Origin: Planctomycetota bacterium
GTDB lineage: Bacteria; Planctomycetota; UBA8108; SXIK01
DNA length: 64,000 nucleotides
Reading direction: 5' to 3'
Assembly: GCA_965223845.1 (NCBI GenBank)
Contig: CBDCXR010000004.1
Span: 4,992,001 to 5,056,000, forward strand
Shown: positions 1-9,153 of the stretch, in pieces
Layout of the letters: each line of letters starts with the position of its first letter
Numbering within the stretch: position 1 is the first letter of the stretch
Made by a program: the position numbers and the translations under genes
The notes under the pieces: generated by a model
Seen by the model: the letters and a program-made list of their open reading frames with translations, nothing else
Database searches by the model: none
Told to the model about the DNA's origin: nothing

Positions 1-32
1 GCCAGCTCGGAATCGAATCATTCCTCGACTGA
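1..32 (+). CDS. 3' end of an upstream gene (partial; ...QLGIESFLD*), possibly an ECF sigma factor paired with the kinase
   Basis: Open frame from nt 3 to TGA at 30-32, 14 nt before the kinase ATG. Identity is only inferred from the common planctomycete ECF-kinase pairing. Confidence 0.3.
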   Translation, partial: QLGIESFLD

Positions 33-46
33 TCGCGGAGAGTGCG

Positions 47-3000
47 ATGATCGACAGCGCCGCACCTCGACCGGACGACGACCGGAGCTCGGAAGAACTA
101 GACGTCGACCGCGAACTGTCGTCGCCGGAGTCGCACGATCCGTTCGAAGACATCGCCGAACAGTTTCTCGAGCGCCATCGCCGCGGCGAGTGCCCATCGG
201 TCGAAGAGTACGCCGAGCGCAACCCCGCGCTCGCCGAGCGCATCCGTCGCGTCCTCCCCACTCTGCGCGCCCTCGAGGAACTCGGGCCCGATACTCGGAC
301 GCCCGACGCCGCCCCTCTCGCTCCCGATCCCGAACTCGAGCAGCTCGGCGAGTACCGAATCCTCGGTGAGATCGGACGCGGAGGCATGGGCGTCGTCTAC
401 GAAGCCGAGCAGGAGAGCCTCCGCCGGCGTGTCGCGCTCAAGGTGCTTCCCCGGCGCGCACTCGCCGATCCGGTCGATGCGGATCGCTTCCGTCTCGAGG
501 CCCGCGCGGCCGCTCGCCTCCACCACACGAACATCGTTCCGGTGTTCGCCGTGGGCGAAGCGAGCGGCGTCCACTACTACGCGATGCAGTTCATCCACGG
601 GCAGAGCCTCGCGGAAGTTTTGATCGAACTCCGCCGACTCGGCTCGTCGAGCTCCGGCTCGACCCGCACGGCCGCGACCCGCCTCGCGGAATCTTCGGCG
701 GCGAGCGTCGCGCTCTCGCTCATTCACGGCTCCGTATCGCGACTGGATCGCGGAGTCTCCGACACGAGCGAAGACACCCCTTCCGCCCGGCGCGGCTCCG
801 TCGACACATCGAGCGCTCAGCTCCGCGAGCTCATGGCGTCGGAATCGGAGAGCGGCCCCCGCGCGACCTACCACCGGCGCGCCGCCGGCGTTGCGCTTCA
901 AGTTGCCGAAGCGCTGGCGTACGCACACGCCGAGGGAATCCTCCACCGCGACATCAAGCCGGCGAACATTCTTCTCGATACGCGCGGGAACGCGTGGATC
1001 ACCGACTTCGGTCTCGCGAAGGACGAAGACGCGGGCGACCTCACGGCGTCGGGAAACGTCGTCGGAACTCTGCGCTACATGGCGCCGGAGCGCCTGAACG
1101 GCGAAGCCGACGTGCGGAGCGACGTCTACAGCCTCGGCATGACCCTCTACGAGCTCGTGACGCTCAAGCCGGCGTTCGAGTCCGCCGACCGCGCGCAGAT
1201 CGTTCGCGACATCGCGGAACGAGATCCGATCCGCCCGCGACGGGCCGACTCATCGATTCCGCAGGATCTCGAGACGATCGTTCTCAAGGCGATCGCGAAG
1301 AAGTCGTCCGAACGATACGCAACCGCAGATCGACTCGCCGACGATCTCCGGCGCTTCCTCAACTACGAACCGGTTGCCGCGCGCCGGGCGACGCTGCGCG
1401 TTCGGCTCTGGCGCTGGTGTCAGCGGAACCCGACGGTCGCAACGCTCGCTACAACTTCGGCGCTGCTCCTCGCTGCGCTCGTCATCGGCGCCGTGGCGGC
1501 CAGCTTTCGCCTCAAAGCGGAGCGTGACACCGCGATCGATCGATTGGTCGCCGCCAAGATCGCCGAAGCGCGCGCGTGGCGAAACAGCGATTCGCCCCAC
1601 CGCCGGCGGCGAGCGCTCGAAGCCGTGCGCGAGGTCGTCGCCGTCAGGCGTTCGGCCGAAGTTCGCAACGAAGCGATCGGTGCGCTCGCGATCGTCGACC
1701 TCGATCGCGGCGAGGAGAGCGCGGTCGACGGAACGTGCCGGTTCGATCCCACATCTTCGCTCGGCGTCCGCGCGATGGGCGACGGGAGCGTTCTCGTCTT
1801 CCGCGGCCTCGATCCGACGCCGATCGCAATCCTTCGGGGAGGGAAGGGCTCGGTCGACGACGTGCGCGTCAGTCGCTCCGAACGATGGCTCGCCGTCGTC
1901 GCGTACGATCGGGAAGTCGCGACGGTTTGGGACCTAGAGAGCGAGAGCCCCGTACTCGAGCTCCCCTGTCGCAAATACACCGCGCCGATCGCGTTCCATC
2001 CGTCCGACGACGCCATCTTCGTTCAGACGCCGGACCGCGAGTTGGTCGGGCTCGCGCTTCCCGAGGGAGCCGAGCTCCGGCGCTCGTCGTTTCTTTCGCG
2101 GTTCGACTATGCGCGCATCGATCCTAGCGGTCGGTTCATCGCGCTGTCCGCCGGCAGCTCGAACGCGGTCGACGTTCTCATCGTGAACCTCGATACGGGC
2201 GAGCCGACCGCGTCGCTTTACCATCCCGCGCAGACGAATCAGGTCGCTTGGCATCCGGACGGCGAGACGCTCGCGGTGGCGTGCCACGACTACAACGTGC
2301 ACGTGTGGCGCCCGTTCGAGCAGCGCCGCATCGGAGTCCTTCGCGGACACTCCGCTGAGGTGCTCCGCGTCGCCTACAGCGGAGGGGGCGGATTCCTCGC
2401 GTCTTCGGGGTGGGACGGCCGCACCGTCCTTTGGGACACGCTGAGCGCGAGCGCGCTCTCCGTCACGCTCGGGACATTCAGCGCATTCGGCGCGGACGAT
2501 CGCGAGATTCTCTACGTCCGCCGAGATGCGCTCGGCAGCTGGCGCGTGCAGAACGCGGGTGTCTACCGGCGACTCGCGGTCGATTTCCTCGGAGGAAAGG
2601 GGCCGTTCGATATCGCCTTTTCGCCGGACGGGCGCTGGATCGCGGCGGCGGCCGAGTTGGGCGGAGCGGCGATCTGGAGCGTCGAGGATCCCTCGATTCG
2701 CGCTTCGATTCAGCCGGGTCGGGTCCGAAGCATCGAGTTTCATCCCACTCGCCCCGAGCTCTGGACGGCGGGCGATCGCGGCCTTCTCCGCTGGAAGATT
2801 CGTCCCGGAGTCGACGACGGTCGCTGGACGTTCGGTCCCGCGGAGTCCGCCGGACTTCGAGTGACGAAATTTGCGCTGCATCGGGGCGGGACCCTTCTCG
2901 GAGCGATCCACGACTCCGGTGCCCGCGGAACGGAAGCGGGGATCTACGAGCTCCGCGGTGAGAAGCTCCGAGAACGCTTCCGCGTTCGCCACGCGCGAGT

Positions 3001-4399
3001 GAACTATCTCGCATTCGATAACGCGGGGGAACGATTCGCGACGTCGACGTGGCAGGGGGAAGACGTTTACGTGTGGGATGCGAACGAAGGCCGCCGCCTC
3101 AAGACCCTCCCCGCGGGTTCAACGCGAGTTGCGTGGGGCGCAGACGATCGCTGGCTCGTCATCGGCGTCGACCGCACCCTTCTCGTCTACGACACGCAAT
3201 CCTGGAGCGTCGTTCATCGCGTGGAGCGCCAGCGGCGTAGCGGTCCGGTCGCGTTCAGCGCTGACGGCGAGACGCTCGTCACGTTCGGAGGCGAGAATCG
3301 CCTGGAGCTGCACTCCGTCGGGGACTGGAGCTCGTTCGCCCGGCTCGAGGCGCCCGGCGGGATCCTCGACCTCACGGACGTTCGTTTCTCCCTCGACGGG
3401 CGATTCATCGCCGCCGCTTCTCCGTCGAACGCGATCGATATCTGGGATCTCACACGCCTTCGTGAGGAGCTCGCGCCGCTCGGGGTCGATTGGGACGGCG
3501 AGCGTCTTCCATCGACGACCGACCGAGCGCCGCCGCGATCGATCGCAGTCGAATACGTCGAAGCCCCTCGCCGCTCGATCGCTTCGCCGAGCGAGCGGCA
3601 CGCCCGCCTCGCGGATCTCTTCACTCGCATCCTCTCGCTACGAAACGATGTCGACGTCGTGGGAAAGCGCGCGGCAATCGCCTGGCAGCTCGGCCGCAAC
3701 GACTCGGCGCTGCTCGACTGGACGCGAGCGATCGACCGCCGTCCGAGCGACCTCACACTCGTTCTCCAGCTCGGAAAGTTCTTTCTCGACGTGGGTCACG
3801 CGCGCGAGGCCGCGGAGTACATGGATCAGGCGCTCGCGCTCGCCGAATCCGGACGCGGCACGGCGGATCTATCGCGCGAAGCCGAGAGGGGAGTGTTCGG
3901 CACGATTCACTGGCTGAGGGCTCGCGCCCGACGCTTGCTCGAGGATCGAGCGGGCGCGCGACGCGACTGCGAACGCGTCATCGAATTCGTTCCGGGCCAT
4001 CCCGAAGCGATCTTACTCGCCGCGTGGCTCTGGGCGCTCGAGCCGGCGGCGGGCGACTCGGAGCGCCTCGCGCGCACTCGGGCCAAGACGGGAACGCGGT
4101 TTCATGGACGGATGCACCAAGCGGCTCTCGCGACATCGGCAGTCGCCGTGCTCACCGGCAGCCCCGATGATGCGATCGGCTGGCTCGAACGGGTAACGGA
4201 TCGAGGTGAGGACGGCGCGGCGAAGTCCTACATCCTCGCGATCGCGTACGCGAAAAAAGGCGACCTCGCCGCGGCGGACGAACACGGCCGAGAGGCGAGA
4301 CGCCGAGCGGAGAAGCTCAAATCGCTCGCAGAATGGAAACAGAGCGAGCTCGCGCTCCTCCGCGGGATCGCGGAGCGCGAGCTCGCAGCGGCGCGGTGA
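47..4399 (+). CDS. Membrane Ser/Thr protein kinase with WD40 beta-propeller repeats and C-terminal TPRs
   Basis: Hanks motifs [45 protein letters not shown] segment ([17 protein letters not shown]). Many WD40-like repeats (AFSPDG...W, GHSAEV...LWD) and a helical TPR-like tail. The N-terminal '[19 protein letters not shown]' helix is typical of planctomycete kinases. Confidence 0.93.
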   Translation: MIDSAAPRPDDDRSSEELDVDRELSSPESHDPFEDIAEQFLERHRRGECPSVEEYAERNPALAERIRRVLPTLRALEELGPDTRTPDAAPLAPDPELEQLGEYRILGEIGRGGMGVVYEAEQESLRRRVALKVLPRRALADPVDADRFRLEARAAARLHHTNIVPVFAVGEASGVHYYAMQFIHGQSLAEVLIELRRLGSSSSGSTRTAATRLAESSAASVALSLIHGSVSRLDRGVSDTSEDTPSARRGSVDTSSAQLRELMASESESGPRATYHRRAAGVALQVAEALAYAHAEGILHRDIKPANILLDTRGNAWITDFGLAKDEDAGDLTASGNVVGTLRYMAPERLNGEADVRSDVYSLGMTLYELVTLKPAFESADRAQIVRDIAERDPIRPRRADSSIPQDLETIVLKAIAKKSSERYATADRLADDLRRFLNYEPVAARRATLRVRLWRWCQRNPTVATLATTSALLLAALVIGAVAASFRLKAERDTAIDRLVAAKIAEARAWRNSDSPHRRRRALEAVREVVAVRRSAEVRNEAIGALAIVDLDRGEESAVDGTCRFDPTSSLGVRAMGDGSVLVFRGLDPTPIAILRGGKGSVDDVRVSRSERWLAVVAYDREVATVWDLESESPVLELPCRKYTAPIAFHPSDDAIFVQTPDRELVGLALPEGAELRRSSFLSRFDYARIDPSGRFIALSAGSSNAVDVLIVNLDTGEPTASLYHPAQTNQVAWHPDGETLAVACHDYNVHVWRPFEQRRIGVLRGHSAEVLRVAYSGGGGFLASSGWDGRTVLWDTLSASALSVTLGTFSAFGADDREILYVRRDALGSWRVQNAGVYRRLAVDFLGGKGPFDIAFSPDGRWIAAAAELGGAAIWSVEDPSIRASIQPGRVRSIEFHPTRPELWTAGDRGLLRWKIRPGVDDGRWTFGPAESAGLRVTKFALHRGGTLLGAIHDSGARGTEAGIYELRGEKLRERFRVRHARVNYLAFDNAGERFATSTWQGEDVYVWDANEGRRLKTLPAGSTRVAWGADDRWLVIGVDRTLLVYDTQSWSVVHRVERQRRSGPVAFSADGETLVTFGGENRLELHSVGDWSSFARLEAPGGILDLTDVRFSLDGRFIAAASPSNAIDIWDLTRLREELAPLGVDWDGERLPSTTDRAPPRSIAVEYVEAPRRSIASPSERHARLADLFTRILSLRNDVDVVGKRAAIAWQLGRNDSALLDWTRAIDRRPSDLTLVLQLGKFFLDVGHAREAAEYMDQALALAESGRGTADLSREAERGVFGTIHWLRARARRLLEDRAGARRDCERVIEFVPGHPEAILLAAWLWALEPAAGDSERLARTRAKTGTRFHGRMHQAALATSAVAVLTGSPDDAIGWLERVTDRGEDGAAKSYILAIAYAKKGDLAAADEHGREARRRAEKLKSLAEWKQSELALLRGIAERELAAAR

Positions 4400-4402
4400 C
4401 GA

Positions 4403-6595
4403 TCACTCCGCCGCGCATGCCGCCGGTGAGGAAGCACAATCCACGCCGTCGTCCGTCGGATCGATTCCGCACTGATTCATTCCGGGTGCCGGAACCGTGC
4501 CGAAGCCCGAAAAGAGGACGTTCAGGGTCAAGATCGGATCCGAGATGTCGACGCGTCCGTCGTCGTTCGTATCACACGCGTCTCTGCAGCCCGGCTCCCC
4601 GCCGATCGAGAACAGCATTCCGAGGACCGAGAGGACGTCGGAGATATCGACGGAGCGGTCGCTGTTGCAATCTCCGCGCGTGAAGAGAGGGTCGGTCGAC
4701 TTCGATTCGCTTTCGTGTCTCCCGACTCTGGCGGCATCGTGCGCGGCGCGGACGAGCGACCGCGCGAGCCCTCCGTCGATCGTACCGATTCTCATCTGCC
4801 GCTCGACTTCAAGGATGAAAAGACCGACGAGCTCATCGCCGCGTTCTGCGTCTTCGTCTTCGTAGGCGGCGGCTGCCGACAGAATGAAACCGGCCATCGT
4901 CTCTCGTTCGGCGACGCTCACGTCGACGAGCAGACGAACTTCGCTCGCTAGATTGCGAGCGAGCAGCCCGATCCGAAACGGGGCCGTCTTCGCGATCCAT
5001 CCCTCCCATGTTCCGGGTGCGGTCGTTCGATCGGGATCCGGGCGAACGGCGTCGTCGGTCGTCGGGAAGTTCGACGACCAGGTAAATCCGCCGAGCCACG
5101 CCGTGTCGCCCTCTGGGTTCACCGCGATGGAGAAACCGGCATCGCGCGGACCGGCGATGAGAAGGCCTCCCTCACCACCCCCGAGAAAGCTCGAGTGGAG
5201 GAGCGTGCGGCCGGTCGGTGAGACGACGGCGACGAACGCGTCGCTGTCGTCACCTTCGAGAGTCTCCTGAAAAGGTGCCTCGGTGATGAAATCCTTCGAT
5301 CTTGTCCAGCCCGTCACCCACACTCGGTCCAGTCGATCGACCGCGATGGCGCGCGCTTCATCGTGCTGGTTTCCTCCGAGATACGTCGCCCAATCGAATT
5401 CGTCGGAGCTCGGATTCCATCGTCCGACCCACGCGGCGCTGAAGGAACTCTGTTCCTCCCCGTGGCATTCGCACCGAGGCTGAGCCGCATCCGACGACAC
5501 GGGAAAGTCGCTCGATTGAGTCGCCCCCGCCACGTAGAGCGAGTTCGACCGCCCGAACTCGACGGCGAGGATCTCATCGGCGTACGAACCGCCGATAACG
5601 TCGACGTCGATGATGCTTTTCAGACCCGGAGCCGAGAGGTCGATCTCCATGATCCACGCGTCCCGTCCCCCTTTCGGCGGGAGATTCCCTCCCGGCGCGG
5701 GAAACCCGTCGGAGTGGATCACCGAAGTCCCGCCGATCCAAAGGCGATCGTTCCGGTCGACGGCGACGTCGTGCGCCCGGTCGTCCGCGCTTCCGCCGAG
5801 ATAGCCCGACGAGATCAAGTGGCGCCCGTCGGGTGAGATCATCGCGACGAAAGCGTCGTGGATTCCCCCGTTGTACGTAAAGTCGGGACCGAACTCCGTA
5901 AGCTGAAAATCGCCCGACGTGTATCCGACGACGATGATCCGATCGCGCGAGTCGACCGCGACCGCCTTCGGCTCGTCGTCCTCGCAGCCGCCGAGGTACG
6001 TCGCGAACTCGAGACTGCCGCCGTCCCTTGCGAGCTTTGCGACGAATGCGTCGACGTTGCCCTCATCGTCAGGACAGTCGCCGCCTCCGTGCTCCGCGGG
6101 AAACGAGCTCGTCGCGGGAAAGTCGCGCGAGTTCGTCGTCCCGAGCACGATCAGGTCGCCGCTCCTCGAGAACGCGAGATCGACCGCGGCGTCGTCTCCC
6201 GACCCACCGAGGTAGCTCACCCACTCGACCCGGCGACCCGTCGAGTCGAGCTTCATGACAAATGCATCGGTCGCCGGCTCCCCACTCGCGGTTCCGCACG
6301 TGCCGTCGAGCCCGCAGCCGCGGTCGTACTCGTAGCCTTGAACCGGGAGGTCGGGAGAGCTGGTCAGTCCGGCGAGATAGACCGCGCCTTCCGAGTCGAC
6401 GAGGACGGCTTCTACCGTATCGCCACCGGTACCGCCGATGTGAGTTGCGTATTCGAGGTCGACGTTCGCGTCGAGCGACGAGTGAGACGTCCCCGCCGCG
6501 GTGACGAGCGCCGCGACGAGAATCCAGTGAGCACGGCGAGAACGCGGCAGAGGACGACTTCGGGTGAAACGCAGCTCGAATCTGAGGCGACGCAT
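4403..6595 (-). CDS. Secreted SBBP/beta-propeller repeat protein with a small helical (FIMAH-like) domain and C-terminal dockerin-like domain
   Basis: Signal peptide; repeated 'Y(L/I)GG..D....(I/V)AVD....(V/I)..G.T.S.DFP' and 'DAFV.KL' units; C-terminal FTRGDCNSDRSVDISD...CDTNDDGRVDISDP...CGIDPTDD. Confidence 0.85.
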   Translation of the reverse strand: MRRLRFELRFTRSRPLPRSRRAHWILVAALVTAAGTSHSSLDANVDLEYATHIGGTGGDTVEAVLVDSEGAVYLAGLTSSPDLPVQGYEYDRGCGLDGTCGTASGEPATDAFVMKLDSTGRRVEWVSYLGGSGDDAAVDLAFSRSGDLIVLGTTNSRDFPATSSFPAEHGGGDCPDDEGNVDAFVAKLARDGGSLEFATYLGGCEDDEPKAVAVDSRDRIIVVGYTSGDFQLTEFGPDFTYNGGIHDAFVAMISPDGRHLISSGYLGGSADDRAHDVAVDRNDRLWIGGTSVIHSDGFPAPGGNLPPKGGRDAWIMEIDLSAPGLKSIIDVDVIGGSYADEILAVEFGRSNSLYVAGATQSSDFPVSSDAAQPRCECHGEEQSSFSAAWVGRWNPSSDEFDWATYLGGNQHDEARAIAVDRLDRVWVTGWTRSKDFITEAPFQETLEGDDSDAFVAVVSPTGRTLLHSSFLGGGEGGLLIAGPRDAGFSIAVNPEGDTAWLGGFTWSSNFPTTDDAVRPDPDRTTAPGTWEGWIAKTAPFRIGLLARNLASEVRLLVDVSVAERETMAGFILSAAAAYEDEDAERGDELVGLFILEVERQMRIGTIDGGLARSLVRAAHDAARVGRHESESKSTDPLFTRGDCNSDRSVDISDVLSVLGMLFSIGGEPGCRDACDTNDDGRVDISDPILTLNVLFSGFGTVPAPGMNQCGIDPTDDGVDCASSPAACAAE

Positions 6596-6683
6596 GGGAA
6601 GACTCCTGACTCAACGGCCGAACCGAACGGGCCGGCTCACGCCGACCTCAGGAGCCCAACTGCGATCCGCGAAGTCGCGAGAC

Positions 6684-6728
6684 AAAAAAGTCGAAAAAGC
6701 TCGACGGGCCCGCCGGCGCCCCCCGTCG
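6684..6728 (-). terminator. Possible intrinsic terminator after the symporter
   Basis: On the minus strand a CGACGGG/CCCGTCG stem is followed by T-runs (AGCTTTTTCGACTTTTTT). Confidence 0.35.
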
Positions 6729-6758
6729 CCTGGGACGAACCCCGACGCTCGACGGTCC

Positions 6759-8258
6759 TCAGATCTTCATCGCGCGCTCGACGCGCTCACTGAGGCGCTG
6801 CGGAGGCGTCGCGAGCGAGACGACGATGAAGACGAGAATCGACACCATCAGCGATACGGCGCCGGCGCTCACGCCGCGGGGAAGAGTGTAGAGCGGATCA
6901 TCCTGCGGATACCGGCGAAGCAGTTCTAGACTCAGGTGGACGGCAACACCGCAAGCCATCGCCGCCGACGCGCCCTGCCACGTCGCGCGCTGCCAATTGA
7001 AGCCGATCGCGACCGTCGGCACGAGCGCGGCCGCGAACATGCCCCAGCTGAAGATGCCGAGGATCGCGACTAGGTCCTCCGCCCAGAGCGCCACTCCCGC
7101 CGCGGCGATGGCGACAACGGCGGTCGCCACACGCGCCGCCGCGAGCTCGTTTCGCATCGGGCGCCCGATGAGTGCCTGCGGAATGTCGCGCACGAAGACG
7201 GCGGCGCCGAGGTTGAGAAACGCATCCGCCGTCGACATGATCGCGGCGAAGAGCCCGGCGAAGACGATTCCCGCGAGCCAAGCCGGAGTGTACTCGAGTA
7301 GGAACATCGGCGCAGCGTGATCCGGGTCGGCGAGCGCCGGGCGCGCGTCGGTGAGGACGAGGTACTTCATCGTGAAGCCGACGCTGATCCAGAGAAGCAT
7401 ACAGATCGAGTATGCGAGCGCCGTGACGATGAGCCCACCGCGCAGATCGCCGACTCGGCGAAGCATGATGCTCTTCGTTATCACGTGCGGCTGGCCGGAT
7501 CCGCCCACTGCGAATACGAAGAGCCAACTGAGGCAGAGCATCGGTCCAGCCATTCCCCACGGCCCGACGGCTTCCGGCGTGTCGGACGCGAGAAAGGCGT
7601 CGGTGATCCGCCGGGGCGCCTCGAAAACCGAGCCGTCGCCCGCGACGTCGAGCGCTAGGTAGAAAATCGCGAGAGACGCGAAAACCATGAGCGCGCCCTG
7701 GAAGAGATCCGTGTAGAGCCCCGCGATGATCCCTCCCGCAACAGAGTAGACGAGGACAACGCCCGTTCCCGCGAGAATCGCGGTCACGTGATCGATCGCG
7801 AAAAAGCTCTGCGCGATCATTCCGAACGCGAGGATCTGCACGCCGAGGTAGCCGGCGACTCCGAGGAGAACGACGAGCGCGCCGAGAAAACGGCAAGTCC
7901 GACTCTCGTAGCGCGCGGCGATCGCGTCCGGAAGCGTGAGGACGTCGAAGAGCTGAGAGAAAATGCGGAGCCGCTTCGAGACGAGGATCCAAGAAAAGAC
8001 GAACGCGAACGTGGCGGGGACGCAGATCCAGAAGGACGAAGCCCCGAGCGAGTAGACGAGTCCCGGGCCGCCGATGAACCCGAAGCCGCTCATGAGCGTG
8101 GAGAAGTTCGCGATCCCGAAGATCCAGATCCCGATGCCCTTTCCGGCGACGAAGAAGTCGGCGGCGCTTTTCGTGCGGCGCGACGCCCAGACGCCGATCG
8201 CGATGCAGGCGACCATATACACGCCGACGACCGAGAGAATCACCGCGCGATCGGTCAT
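6759..8258 (-). CDS. Sodium:solute symporter (SSS, PutP/PanF-like)
   Basis: About 13 TM helices; motifs DFFVAG, SGFGFIGGPG, TLPDAIAARY, YTDLFQG, GQPH, AAIMSTADA. Start set at the ATG (8258) that overlaps the upstream stop (ATGA). Confidence 0.92.
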   Translation of the reverse strand: MTDRAVILSVVGVYMVACIAIGVWASRRTKSAADFFVAGKGIGIWIFGIANFSTLMSGFGFIGGPGLVYSLGASSFWICVPATFAFVFSWILVSKRLRIFSQLFDVLTLPDAIAARYESRTCRFLGALVVLLGVAGYLGVQILAFGMIAQSFFAIDHVTAILAGTGVVLVYSVAGGIIAGLYTDLFQGALMVFASLAIFYLALDVAGDGSVFEAPRRITDAFLASDTPEAVGPWGMAGPMLCLSWLFVFAVGGSGQPHVITKSIMLRRVGDLRGGLIVTALAYSICMLLWISVGFTMKYLVLTDARPALADPDHAAPMFLLEYTPAWLAGIVFAGLFAAIMSTADAFLNLGAAVFVRDIPQALIGRPMRNELAAARVATAVVAIAAAGVALWAEDLVAILGIFSWGMFAAALVPTVAIGFNWQRATWQGASAAMACGVAVHLSLELLRRYPQDDPLYTLPRGVSAGAVSLMVSILVFIVVSLATPPQRLSERVERAMKI

Positions 8259-8755
8259 CGCTCGTCCGCTCCGGACGACGGCGAACCCGCACTCGGTGAC
8301 TGATCGACGGGCAGCTCCTCGATCGCCGCGAGCTCGCGCTCCTCTTTCGGCCCGAACACGCAACGCTCAAAAAGGACGAGGTACCCGACGACCATCCCGA
8401 AGCCGAGTCCGACGAGACCGAAGAGAAGAAGCGCGGTCGCGGGAAGGAGCCCGGCGATTCGCGGCTCTCTCCGGTCGCCGAGGAGAACCGCTCCGACGAT
8501 GATCGCCCCGAAAAGGACCGTTCCAACGGCGATGAGTCGGCGGAGCGGCCGGCGACGCCCGCCGCGAGCGCCGGCGAGCATCGCGACGCCGATCGCAGCG
8601 GCGACGACGAGCCCCAAGAGAAGGGGCGGGGACAGTCCGACCATCGCCTCGACCTGATCGCTGAACACGATCGCGGCGATTCCGACGACCATCAACACGG
8701 AGAGAAGCTCCATCCACGAGTTCTCGTTTCGCACTATCGCTCTCCGCTCGACCAT
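8255..8755 (-). CDS. Hypothetical four-TM membrane protein, translationally coupled to the symporter
   Basis: Four hydrophobic segments; ATGA overlap with the SSS gene; TAGAAT-like -10 about 40 nt upstream on the minus strand. Confidence 0.7.
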   Translation of the reverse strand: MVERRAIVRNENSWMELLSVLMVVGIAAIVFSDQVEAMVGLSPPLLLGLVVAAAIGVAMLAGARGGRRRPLRRLIAVGTVLFGAIIVGAVLLGDRREPRIAGLLPATALLLFGLVGLGFGMVVGYLVLFERCVFGPKEERELAAIEELPVDQSPSAGSPSSGADER

Positions 8756-9153
8756 CTCCCGGGGACCCGCCGCCAGAATTCCGGGACGCGGATTCTACCT
8801 CACCGAGGGCGCGAAAGGTCGAACTCGCTCTCGACGGCTAGAGCTCAGCGTAGCGAAATTGGAGAGCGGCGTTTCCGGTCCGTGAGCGCTCTCGTTCTCC
8901 TCCGCGTTTCCGACGAAGCGCGTAGTAGGTCGATTCGATCCAGATCGGCTCGACGCGGTTGAGGTCCGAGGGGTTCGTCTTCCGGGCGAACGTCGGAGCG
9001 GACACCGACGTCCCGGTCCCGACGAGCGGAGAGATTCGTGTCGATGCTCGCTCGCCTCGCGCGAGGTGACAAACACTCGGGAACGGAAGCGGGAACGAAA
9101 GCGAGGACCGAACCGAGCGACTCCCGCGTAGGAGCAATCGCAGCGGGGCGCCT

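Noticed and set aside
8838-9137. Small minus-strand ORF downstream of ligD (...RVEPIWIESTYYALRRKR...)
   Set aside because: No clear start or RBS and no family motif; cannot be supported, although a ~55-aa peptide from GTG 9005 is not excluded
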